59,958 nucleotides of DNA. Source: a virus. Lineage: Duplodnaviria > Caudoviricetes. Below, one piece after another: positions 19,701 through 27,145 of this stretch (positions are counted from its first letter, which is position 1; each line of letters starts with the position of its first letter). The position numbers were made by a program, and so were the translations under genes. The notes beneath the pieces were generated by a model, which saw only the letters and a list, made by a program, of their open reading frames with translations, was not told where the DNA came from and ran no database searches. Where the stretch lies: IMG/VR virus record IMGVR_UViG_3300025131_000039, positions 1 to 59,958 of that record. One strand, given 5' to 3'.

Positions 19701-19932
19701 GGGAAGTAGTGGTGGATGGTGGTTCACTAGCCGTAAGGCTGAAAAATAGGACAAGCTAGGTCTGGCGAAAGCTCACTTAGTGTAACTACTCAAGGTTAGG
19801 GGCTTGAGGGAACTGATCATCTACTATCAGAGATACTTTGCAAGGTATCTTTGATAGTCAAGTGCATCCTAGTGTGTGCGACTCGGAGGCGTCCTCCCCG
19901 CAGCAGAAGGTTCGATTCCTTCTGGCTTCCCA
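19701..19932 (+). ncRNA. Candidate tRNA-like structured ncRNA (~232 nt)
   Basis: GGGAAGT(19701-07) pairs with GCTTCCC(19925-31); T-arm cagaagg-TTCGATT-ccttctg; D-like hairpin with GG; GNRA hairpins; no canonical anticodon arm. Confidence 0.55.
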
Positions 19933-19973
19933 TAAGTACATGGTACATAACTTGTCTTGAAAGGAGAAGAACT

Positions 19974-20192
19974 ATGTCAAAGAGAAAGGCCGAAAGGCAG
20001 TTGCAAAGGTTCTTGGATTGGTGCAATGCCAACCCACAAAGTACAAGTCAAGAGTGGGTCAAGAACTTTAAGAGAATGGGCTGGACAGCTCAGAGTGATT
20101 TCGGATTCTGGACTAGGGAGAATGAAGAACATCAAGCTTCAAAGAAGTTTGGTTTTGTTTTGAACAATCCCGGCAGGGAATTTACTAACTAA
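19974..20192 (+). CDS. Early hypothetical protein (MSKRKAERQ...)
   Basis: RBS gaaaggag before ATG 19974; the longer annotated start overlaps the RNA. Confidence 0.65.
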   Translation: MSKRKAERQLQRFLDWCNANPQSTSQEWVKNFKRMGWTAQSDFGFWTRENEEHQASKKFGFVLNNPGREFTN

Positions 20193-20209
20193 TCTTGAAA
20201 GGAGCTGTT

Positions 20210-20398
20210 ATGGATATCACAATCCAAATTCAGAACGACACGGCTTATCCAGCTTGTAGTAATGCCAAGCTATTCGCTGAAATAGCAGGGACAAAGACTT
20301 TGACAACAGAAGTCTTGCAAAGAATTATGTGGCTTGGTTTCAAAATTAAACTTGCATCTTCCGATGAACTCTTAGATAATTGGCTCAGAAAGGAGTAA
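20210..20398 (+). CDS. Early hypothetical phage protein
   Basis: YPAC..AKLFA.IAGTKTLT...LG motif seen in phage small proteins; aaggag RBS. Confidence 0.65.
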   Translation: MDITIQIQNDTAYPACSNAKLFAEIAGTKTLTTEVLQRIMWLGFKIKLASSDELLDNWLRKE

Positions 20399-20402
20399 TA
20401 CT

Positions 20403-20516
20403 ATGAACAAAGGCATAGTAGGTGGTGGATTTCTGTTATTCTCAACAGCGTTCACATTCTTAATCTTTGGCCTATGTGTAGGCTATTACTATGGAATGGC
20501 ATTTGCCACAATGTAA
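20403..20516 (+). CDS. 37-aa single-TM peptide
   Basis: Own translation MNKGIVGGGFLLFSTAFTFLIFGLCVGYYYGMAFATM; aaggag RBS. Confidence 0.5.
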   Translation: MNKGIVGGGFLLFSTAFTFLIFGLCVGYYYGMAFATM

Positions 20517-20531
20517 AGGATTAGTACCAAA

Positions 20532-20705
20532 ATGCAAACAGCAAAACAATTCTTGGAATGGTATCTTGATATACAAAGCAAAGAGATAGACTTTGCAGAG
20601 GTGGAGAAGAATTTATTCTCTTTGCCAAAGCAAGAACAAGATACTATACGAAGGTTATTGACTTCTGCAAAAGCTAAGAAGGTTGATGACCTAGCTCAAT
20701 ATTAA
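20532..20705 (+). CDS. 57-aa early hypothetical protein
   Basis: Own translation; aagga RBS. Confidence 0.5.
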   Translation: MQTAKQFLEWYLDIQSKEIDFAEVEKNLFSLPKQEQDTIRRLLTSAKAKKVDDLAQY

Positions 20706-20714
20706 CTTGACAAC

Positions 20715-20766
20715 CTATTAAGTATCCTGTAGTAGATTACTTAAGATACTACAGGATGCTTAATAG
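20715..20766 (+). repeat. Type A-like intergenic hairpin H4
   Basis: 20-bp stem ctattaagtatcctgtagta/tactacaggatgcttaatag with one T-G pair. Confidence 0.8.
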
Positions 20767-20782
20767 AAATAGGAGATTTGAT

Positions 20783-20917
20783 ATGAAGCCATTGTTATAT
20801 CCTAACCTTGATCGTTCCAAACTAACCAAAGCTGAATTGGAAGAACTCTTAGAATTGGAGGAACTTGAAGAGGCAAGATATCAAGATTGGTATGAAGATG
20901 CAGAACAACAGTTGTAA
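20783..20917 (+). CDS. 44-aa acidic early protein
   Basis: Own translation ...ELEELLELEELEEARYQDWYEDAEQQL; aggag RBS. Confidence 0.55.
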   Translation: MKPLLYPNLDRSKLTKAELEELLELEELEEARYQDWYEDAEQQL

Positions 20918-20928
20918 GGAGTAAGACT

Positions 20929-21102
20929 ATGTTTGATAGTGCATTTGCGAAGTTGTCAAGAGAAGACAAAGAAGAACTACAAAGTAGGATAGACTTTACT
21001 ATCAGCAGTAACGCTGATTTATTCTTGATGACAAGTGAGCAAGAGAGTCGGTTCCGCTTCTATGAAACTCAAATATTCTTGAAAGAGAAAGGGTTAATTT
21101 AA
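20929..21102 (+). CDS. 57-aa early protein, paralog A
   Basis: AKLS.E.KEELQ.RIDF.IS...RF.ET..FLKEKGLI shared with next ORF. Confidence 0.75.
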   Translation: MFDSAFAKLSREDKEELQSRIDFTISSNADLFLMTSEQESRFRFYETQIFLKEKGLI

Positions 21103-21263
21103 TGCTTACAAGTATCTATGCAAAGTTATCAGCCGAAAATAAAGAGGAATTGCAAAATAGAATTGACTTTGTTATCAGTATAAATACTGATGGCTGCACC
21201 TCTGATGCTGACATTCGCTTCTTTGAAACCGAAGACTTCTTGAAAGAGAAAGGGTTAATCTAA
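21102..21263 (+). CDS. 53-aa early protein, paralog B
   Basis: Tandem paralog, TAATG coupling on both sides. Confidence 0.75.
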   Translation: MLTSIYAKLSAENKEELQNRIDFVISINTDGCTSDADIRFFETEDFLKEKGLI

Positions 21264-21940
21264 TGCAAGTCAAAGAATACGTGAGGCATTGTGAGGATAT
21301 CGGTATGTTTTCAACCGATAGACCTATTAATGACGTTGGAGATACAGAAGGTTCTTGTCTACATAGAACTCCTTACTGTGATGAAAAGTGTTACAACGTC
21401 AAGCTCTATAAGATGTATCCTAACATGGCTGTCAAAGATGTACGAAGTGAGGAGATATGGCAGAACATAAAGCCTTTGCAAGTCAAAGAAGTCTTGGCGA
21501 GAAAGCGTAAGCAAACCAAGAGAGTAAGGCATTGCACCAGAGGTGAGCCAATCAAAGAAGTCTCTGACATTTGGAAGATCAAAGCAGAGGCAAAAGCTAC
21601 GCCAGAGACTACATGGTGGATACCTACAAGAGCTTGGCGAGATCCAACTCTTAACTTCTTGATAAGAACAGAGTTATTTCCTATCAAGAACTTAGCGATT
21701 AATGCCAGCGTTGACCCATCAAATAGCGTAGAAGAATGGAATATGCTGGAAAGTCAAGGCTGGAATATCATGTTCTTTGGTGATGATAGTCTTGACAAAA
21801 GCCCTGCTTCTGGTAAAAGAATGTTTGATTGTCCAAAGACAAAGTGGGGTTTGAAAGGTCACTGTGGTATATGCAAAGCTGGTTGCTTTAGTCAGACTAC
21901 CATAGGTAGACAACAGATTGTCAAATTGTACGAACATTAG
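21263..21940 (+). CDS. Gp88-like Cys-rich (putative Fe-S / radical-SAM-like) protein
   Basis: SC-x6-C-x3-CY, R....GE, WIPTR, CP...CxxC..C pattern. Confidence 0.55.
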   Translation: MQVKEYVRHCEDIGMFSTDRPINDVGDTEGSCLHRTPYCDEKCYNVKLYKMYPNMAVKDVRSEEIWQNIKPLQVKEVLARKRKQTKRVRHCTRGEPIKEVSDIWKIKAEAKATPETTWWIPTRAWRDPTLNFLIRTELFPIKNLAINASVDPSNSVEEWNMLESQGWNIMFFGDDSLDKSPASGKRMFDCPKTKWGLKGHCGICKAGCFSQTTIGRQQIVKLYEH

Positions 21941-21951
21941 GAGAGTATACT

Positions 21952-22221
21952 ATGAAGAAGTACATTCATGTTAACCAACATAACATCAAGAGTAACCGCA
22001 AGTATGGAGAGAATAAGCCTGTCTTTACAGTCAAGACTTACAAGTCTAATGACTATGGGCATGAGGTACATATTGACGGCCCATGTACCATAGTGTATAG
22101 TCCTCTAAAGCCTTTGTCTTGCGGTGCTCATGTCTGGATACAGACAGAGGCAGAGGTACATATCAAAGAGGAAAGAGAGCTGGATATTGGCACCATCGTT
22201 GACGTAACATCTAAAAGATAA
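21952..22221 (+). CDS. Conserved marine phage hypothetical protein
   Basis: IHVNQH.I..N, PV.TVK, GP...VYSP.KPL.CGA.VWI.T. Confidence 0.7.
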   Translation: MKKYIHVNQHNIKSNRKYGENKPVFTVKTYKSNDYGHEVHIDGPCTIVYSPLKPLSCGAHVWIQTEAEVHIKEERELDIGTIVDVTSKR

Positions 22222-22232
22222 GGAGTAACTAA

Positions 22233-22388
22233 ATGACAGAAGAAGAGTATCAAGAATATGTTTGCCAGTTGGCAAGAGAGCATGGCTCAATGCACTCTAC
22301 CTTGCAATGGCTGGAGAAGTATACCAATCTTGACAAGATATCTTTAGACATAGTGAAAGGAACTTTGGAGAATGTCACATCCAGTTAA
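22233..22388 (+). CDS. Small hypothetical protein
   Basis: Own translation; taaggag RBS. Confidence 0.45.
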   Translation: MTEEEYQEYVCQLAREHGSMHSTLQWLEKYTNLDKISLDIVKGTLENVTSS

Positions 22389-22530
22389 TGATATCATCTA
22401 CGATAACATGGAAGATCGTTATCAAGAACTTTATGCTATGTATATAGAGAAAGGTTATGCTCCTTACATAGCAGAAGATAGGGCGTTGATTGATGTCCGT
22501 GAGGAGTTTGAAATCTGTCAACCTAATTAA
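22372..22530 (+). CDS. Small hypothetical protein
   Basis: Own translation MSHPVNDII...; ggag RBS; stop lies inside hairpin H5. Confidence 0.45.
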   Translation: MSHPVNDIIYDNMEDRYQELYAMYIEKGYAPYIAEDRALIDVREEFEICQPN

Positions 22531-22574
22531 CCATATGTAGTGAAGTTCTTACGAACTACATATGGATTAATTAG
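22523..22574 (+). repeat. Type A intergenic hairpin H5
   Basis: ctaattaa-ccatatgtag-tgaa-gttc TTAC gaac-tacatatgg-a-ttaattag. Confidence 0.9.
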
Positions 22575-22603
22575 TACTAACAAAACTGAAAGGAAATATT
22601 GAG

Positions 22604-22774
22604 ATGAATTTTGTATTCCGTTTGCGTAAACGTGACCGCTTTTTTGGTACACGTAAGACCAAGGATGGCCGTAGGTTTGACCTTGGTAAGATGTATCTCC
22701 ACGTTGCAAAGGCTCCACATTTCTGGAATATTAAGGGAATAGTGGATGTACGTGGCCGTACTTTTGTGATATAA
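22604..22774 (+). CDS. 56-aa basic protein
   Basis: Own translation MNFVFRLRKRDRFFGTRK...; gaaagga RBS; followed by GC hairpin ~22781-22801. Confidence 0.6.
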   Translation: MNFVFRLRKRDRFFGTRKTKDGRRFDLGKMYLHVAKAPHFWNIKGIVDVRGRTFVI

Positions 22775-22818
22775 TATTAAGTGGGGGTGAAATTCCCCCA
22801 CATAACACGGAGAATGTT

Positions 22819-23598
22819 ATGAACAAGAGACTAAGAAGTAAACTGGGAAATCCTAGCTCACATAAATATTGTATATCACCTAGAAATTCTCTCTACAGAG
22901 AATTAAGAATGGTAAAGGAGAACAGAGTATTAAGTCAAAATAATCTATCTAAGTTAAGACAATCTATACTTGATGAAAACCTATTGGAGCTACGCCCCAT
23001 TCTTGTATATGAAAAGGGTGGTATATTATACATAGCAGATGGACAACATAGATATAAGATAGCCGTGGAAGAACATCTTGACTACTACATAGAGGTACAT
23101 GAAGGAGAAATAACACCAGAAACAATTGCAAAATTAAATACAAATCAAAGGAACTGGACTGTAATGGACTTTGCTCACTCATGGGCTACGTCAACAGGTA
23201 CGAAGAAAGTTTATTCAAAGTATCTTGAGTACTATGAGGACCACAATATAACACATTCGATGCTTATAAGTTTATTTAATGGTGGAACTCAGAGAGGAAT
23301 AGGGATGAAAGAATTTAAGGAAGGTAAATTAAAATGGAATCCCTTGATAAAAGAGTATGTAGAAGATGTACTCTATAAGATGAAACAACTTGAGTTTGCT
23401 GCGTTTAATCCAGCGATGAACAAGGTTACACTTAGAAGGCAGACGTTTCAAATAGGTATGCTTACCGCACTCAAGACACCTAAGTTTAGATTCAATAGAT
23501 TTATCAAGAACTTATATGATGTTAAACATAGATTTAATAAGTATCATAGAGTGGTTGACATTAAGCAAGAAATCTTTAGAATAGAGAGTGCTAAATAA
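22819..23598 (+). CDS. ParB/Srx-like N-terminal domain protein
   Basis: PILV......IADGQHR motif; LN..QRNW. Confidence 0.7.
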   Translation: MNKRLRSKLGNPSSHKYCISPRNSLYRELRMVKENRVLSQNNLSKLRQSILDENLLELRPILVYEKGGILYIADGQHRYKIAVEEHLDYYIEVHEGEITPETIAKLNTNQRNWTVMDFAHSWATSTGTKKVYSKYLEYYEDHNITHSMLISLFNGGTQRGIGMKEFKEGKLKWNPLIKEYVEDVLYKMKQLEFAAFNPAMNKVTLRRQTFQIGMLTALKTPKFRFNRFIKNLYDVKHRFNKYHRVVDIKQEIFRIESAK

Positions 23599-23611
23599 CT
23601 AGGAGAGGACC

Positions 23612-23794
23612 ATGAAAAAGAATGGCAAAGCTAAAGTTATACGCAATCAAGACTGTAAAAACCTTGCTGAACTTGAACAAAATTATGCTGGATTATGGAG
23701 AGCATTGGGATGGAAGGTAACAAAGAAAAAGAACTCCTTTATCTTGAGAAGCCAGTGCCATACCTATATGATAGGAGCTGGTGATGCAATATAA
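23612..23794 (+). CDS. Hypothetical protein
   Basis: aggag RBS, 60 aa. Confidence 0.5.
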   Translation: MKKNGKAKVIRNQDCKNLAELEQNYAGLWRALGWKVTKKKNSFILRSQCHTYMIGAGDAI

Positions 23795-23948
23795 AACCCA
23801 TGCAGATATAGACCCACTGACAGAGAGTTATCTTTGCACAGTGGCTAATGTAGGAAGTATCTATGAGCTTGACATAGATGTTATTAACGAGTATCTTTTT
23901 GAGATGCACAGATATCATACAGTAAACAACCAGAAGGAAGTAGCATAA
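23784..23948 (+). CDS. Hypothetical protein (54 aa)
   Basis: Own translation; aggag RBS; TAATG coupling to next gene. Confidence 0.45.
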   Translation: MQYKTHADIDPLTESYLCTVANVGSIYELDIDVINEYLFEMHRYHTVNNQKEVA

Positions 23949-24853
23949 TGTTTGACTATCAAATGTTTGACCATGACAAGATTGATTTTGAAGTAGAAAA
24001 GTTTAACCTTGCATCCTATACAGATGGGTTCGTTGCTATACCCTCACATATAGGTGTAGGTCTTAGACGTAAAGATACTAGAGACACTCTTGCCATAGTC
24101 TCTGAAGCATATGAGCCAGTGCAATATAAAGACATAGTAACTGGCGTTCAAGAAGCTATAGGTCTATCCGATATGGACTTAACCGATGCCACATATGAGA
24201 CTAATGTCTATGATAATGGAGCAAGGCTTGAGCTACGTGCCAAGTTCCCTGCCCATGAGATACAGATAGACAAAGGAGACACAGTTATACCTGAGTTTGT
24301 CTTTCGTACTTCCCATAATAGGACATGGGCTAACAATGGTATGATGGGATTATGGAGAGGCTTCTGCTACAACACATTAGTATCAGGAGATAAGCTGGCC
24401 TATGTCTATGGTAGACACACCAAGAACTTCAACGTGCTAGGCTTTGCCTCAAAGATAGAGAAGGCTTCTGAATACATAGCTGGTGGTGGACTGCAACAGA
24501 TGAGGAACTGGTATCACACAGATGTTAGCCGTGATAATGTAATCAATCTGTTCACCCATACCTTGGCAAAGAAGACTAATAATATTAGCCGCAAGGTAGA
24601 ACCTAACAAGGTGATGCTCTCTAATCTAATGAAGATCTTTGATGAAGAGAACCGTCACCTACATGGAAGAGGTAGCTATGAGAAGTATGGCACACAGAAC
24701 AAAGGTACTATGTGGTCTGCTTATCAGGCTGCTACCTACTGGAGTAGCCATGATAAGAATGGTGGTAGACCATCCCACACTACCATAGGTGGTAGAGAAG
24801 ACAAGGTAAGGAAGATGTTACACTCACCACAATGGATGCAACTAGCAGCATAA
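23948..24853 (+). CDS. DUF932-like protein
   Basis: L.IVS..YEPVQ, SH, R..C.N.L, RHTKN, T.WSAYQA.T.W..H motifs. Confidence 0.7.
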   Translation: MFDYQMFDHDKIDFEVEKFNLASYTDGFVAIPSHIGVGLRRKDTRDTLAIVSEAYEPVQYKDIVTGVQEAIGLSDMDLTDATYETNVYDNGARLELRAKFPAHEIQIDKGDTVIPEFVFRTSHNRTWANNGMMGLWRGFCYNTLVSGDKLAYVYGRHTKNFNVLGFASKIEKASEYIAGGGLQQMRNWYHTDVSRDNVINLFTHTLAKKTNNISRKVEPNKVMLSNLMKIFDEENRHLHGRGSYEKYGTQNKGTMWSAYQAATYWSSHDKNGGRPSHTTIGGREDKVRKMLHSPQWMQLAA

Positions 24854-24864
24854 GGAATAGGACT

Positions 24865-25014
24865 ATGAAAGATCAGAGAGTTGTAGGTAAACGTAAGCAC
24901 AATCCATTAGCGAAGCAACTCTCTGATCCTATGTGGAGAAAGAGAGTTGTCACCAGTAAGGTTGTGTATAATAGAAAGAAAGTAAAGGATATAGACTATG
25001 TGGATCATAGTTAA
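24865..25014 (+). CDS. 49-aa basic peptide resembling ArfA
   Basis: NPLAKQLSDPMWRKRVVTSKVVYNRKK resembles ArfA core N..EALLHDPLFRQRV..KKGKGSY.RK. Confidence 0.4.
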   Translation: MKDQRVVGKRKHNPLAKQLSDPMWRKRVVTSKVVYNRKKVKDIDYVDHS

Positions 25015-25183
25015 TAGTGATTTCGATGAGGACTGTACCAACATACTCATGGGTGAGGATGGTGCGGCTTTGAAATTCAAAGATAAGACAAGTGCATATA
25101 GATACTTACAAAGTATGTGTAAGGAACATGGACTAGACTACGATTTAATGGAAGGTGATGTGGAATTATGGCGGCTTCACTAG
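24998..25183 (+). CDS. Hypothetical protein
   Basis: Overlap-coupled small ORF. Confidence 0.5.
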   Translation: MWIIVNSDFDEDCTNILMGEDGAALKFKDKTSAYRYLQSMCKEHGLDYDLMEGDVELWRLH

Positions 25184-25452
25184 GTGGTGTCAAGCCACAC
25201 CACTCTGTACTTAAACGTGACAAAGACCATCCTCTATATATCAAAGGGGTACTGGATTGGATGGAGCATAATAATGCTTTGGTAAAAGAACATTCCAGAT
25301 TAGCTAGGCGTGGTGATAAGGATAGCATGTCTCAAAGATATATACATGAAGGATATGTCAGAGATATTAGACACTATCTGCGAACAGGAGATTGGATATC
25401 TGATTTCTTTGGTAAGAATCAAGAACATAAAATTAAATGGAGAAGTATATGA
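25168..25452 (+). CDS. Hypothetical phage protein
   Basis: YV..I..YLRTGDWI..FFG..QEHK motif. Confidence 0.6.
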   Translation: MAASLGGVKPHHSVLKRDKDHPLYIKGVLDWMEHNNALVKEHSRLARRGDKDSMSQRYIHEGYVRDIRHYLRTGDWISDFFGKNQEHKIKWRSI

Positions 25453-25718
25453 CTGACTTTGTATGGCCTGAAGATAACTTTAACTCTGTACGTAAGGATC
25501 TTGGAGCACATGTTTCCAAGAGAACTGAGTATGTCCAACGTAACTTTGATAAGAAGTGGGTACGTTGGGAGCTAGTGGATACCCAAACTAAAGAGAGGTA
25601 TCCGTTTCAAACAGGCTGCAATAAGAGAGAAGTCTGGATTGCCACTGGTGTGTGGCATGATAAACCTGTCACTACTATGAATAAGGAGAGACAAAGGTGG
25701 AAAGGAAGGCAGAAGTAA
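25449..25718 (+). CDS. Hypothetical protein
   Basis: ggag RBS, ATGA overlap. Confidence 0.5.
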   Translation: MTDFVWPEDNFNSVRKDLGAHVSKRTEYVQRNFDKKWVRWELVDTQTKERYPFQTGCNKREVWIATGVWHDKPVTTMNKERQRWKGRQK

Positions 25719-25882
25719 GGGAGATACGTTACATCCATCAAGGTTCTACCAATGGTATTGGTTGGCAGGTTATTGTCTATGATCCTCGTGGTGATGTTCG
25801 TATCTTGAAAGAAAGTATTTACAAAGAGGCAGCAATAGACTATGCTGCTGAGTATAACAAGGAGCTGTCCAATGAACATTGA
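25697..25882 (+). CDS. Hypothetical protein
   Basis: aaggag RBS before GTG. Confidence 0.5.
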   Translation: MERKAEVREIRYIHQGSTNGIGWQVIVYDPRGDVRILKESIYKEAAIDYAAEYNKELSNEH

Positions 25883-26117
25883 GAAAGAACTACGAAGGAA
25901 TGTTAAAGAGTTGCAAGAACAATTGCAAAGGGCATATGAAAGAATAAAACTTTTGCAAGATGAGATTCACAGTGAACGTCAGAGGAATTTCTACAACGAT
26001 CACTTCTCCAATAAGGATAAATCTGGATGGGCCATGATAGAGCACCCACCTGAGTATCTTGAAGAGGGTCATGCTGAGTTGCCCTATCCTATTGAAAAGA
26101 CAGAGAATGATGTATGA
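25872..26117 (+). CDS. Coiled-coil hypothetical protein
   Basis: aaggag RBS; heptad pattern. Confidence 0.55.
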   Translation: MNIEKELRRNVKELQEQLQRAYERIKLLQDEIHSERQRNFYNDHFSNKDKSGWAMIEHPPEYLEEGHAELPYPIEKTENDV

Positions 26118-26433
26118 AGATGCCAAGATATTAAGTAGGCATGACTTCCTTGAAAAATATGGTAACCACAATGAGTGGATCTATGATAAGGTACATGGTG
26201 AATGGATAAGAGAAATTCTAAAAGAAAGTCTTAAGTCTATAGATAATAGAAAAGAAAAGGAGAGGCAGATGAGTAAAGTAAATGACTTACTAATTCAGAT
26301 GGAAGAGGAAGCTCCACATATTACTAAGACTGCTTTCGTTGGAAAGTATGGGTGGATACATGAAGATGTATGGACAAAGGTTCGTATTGAAATGAGAGAT
26401 CAACTTGGATTGGAGTTAGAAGATGAAGACTAA
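26107..26433 (+). CDS. Hypothetical protein with internal duplication
   Basis: F..KYG..EWIYDKV and F..KYG..EDVWTKV halves. Confidence 0.5.
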   Translation: MMYEDAKILSRHDFLEKYGNHNEWIYDKVHGEWIREILKESLKSIDNRKEKERQMSKVNDLLIQMEEEAPHITKTAFVGKYGWIHEDVWTKVRIEMRDQLGLELEDED

Positions 26434-26701
26434 AGAACATATCTGTCAAGTCTATGACTTTACTTCCATTAGAGAAGTAATCATGGAGAAGAAGCAAGAG
26501 AAAGAGAAAGCAAGGTATCAAGATAAGTTAGCTGAGATGCAGATAGATCAGGATAACATCACACTTGATCTGTTTACCATCAGAGACATGATACTTAATG
26601 GCTTTGATCCCTCTTGCCCTGAAGACATAGTAGAATATGGAAGGAAGGTGGGCTATGAGATTGATTGGGATACAGGAACATGGAATCCAACCGATGACTA
26701 A
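26423..26701 (+). CDS. Hypothetical protein
   Basis: ggag RBS; overlapped ORF. Confidence 0.5.
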   Translation: MKTKEHICQVYDFTSIREVIMEKKQEKEKARYQDKLAEMQIDQDNITLDLFTIRDMILNGFDPSCPEDIVEYGRKVGYEIDWDTGTWNPTDD

Positions 26702-26873
26702 GACTTTTATACAAGAAGAACGAGACAAATACTTCTGGATTAGGGTTAAAGAATATAAGAGGGAAGGATACTCGTATAGAGAAGCAAAAGGATTAGCTAG
26801 TCAAGATACAAATGAAGCTATGGCTTCAGATGAAATCTGGATGGAGCAGTTTGAGAAGGAGACATGGGAATGA
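26694..26873 (+). CDS. Hypothetical protein
   Basis: YKREGYS.REAK.LA motif; coupled ORF. Confidence 0.5.
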   Translation: MTKTFIQEERDKYFWIRVKEYKREGYSYREAKGLASQDTNEAMASDEIWMEQFEKETWE

Positions 26874-27145
26874 AATACAGTGGAGTAGCTTGTATAGAGT
26901 GGCTTGACTCTTCAGAGTATGAGGATGCCGATTGGAAGTCAGAAGATGAGGTCAAAGAATTAACACCTATGCGTATCAAAAGTGTAGGTATACTAGTCAA
27001 TGAGGATGACTTGTATATTACACTTGCATCCTCTGTTAATAACTATGATCTTGATTGTGAAGCACAGTATGGCGGTTTGATATCTATTCCTAAATGTGCA
27101 GTCTTAAAAAGATTATCTTTACCAAGGGTATTTACAGATGACTGA
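26864..27145 (+). CDS. Conserved phage hypothetical protein
   Basis: IEW.DS...W...SVG.L......ITLAS...IP motif. Confidence 0.6.
   Translation: MGMKYSGVACIEWLDSSEYEDADWKSEDEVKELTPMRIKSVGILVNEDDLYITLASSVNNYDLDCEAQYGGLISIPKCAVLKRLSLPRVFTDD

Noticed and set aside
19701-19932. tmRNA or group I intron-containing tRNA
   Set aside because: No G3-U70 pair, no tag ORF ending in AA-stop, no convincing P7 elements; not fully excluded without covariance-model search
19858-19935. Stand-alone canonical tRNA
   Set aside because: T-arm present, but no local acceptor partner or 7-nt anticodon loop; the partner lies at 19701
19851-19973. N-terminal extension of the 113-aa ORF
   Set aside because: Overlaps the structured RNA; the strong RBS is at ATG 19974
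19955-21250. Repeated CTTGAAA as sigma32 -35 boxes
   Set aside because: Mostly part of RBS (gaaaggag) or Leu-Lys codons, with no matching -10 element
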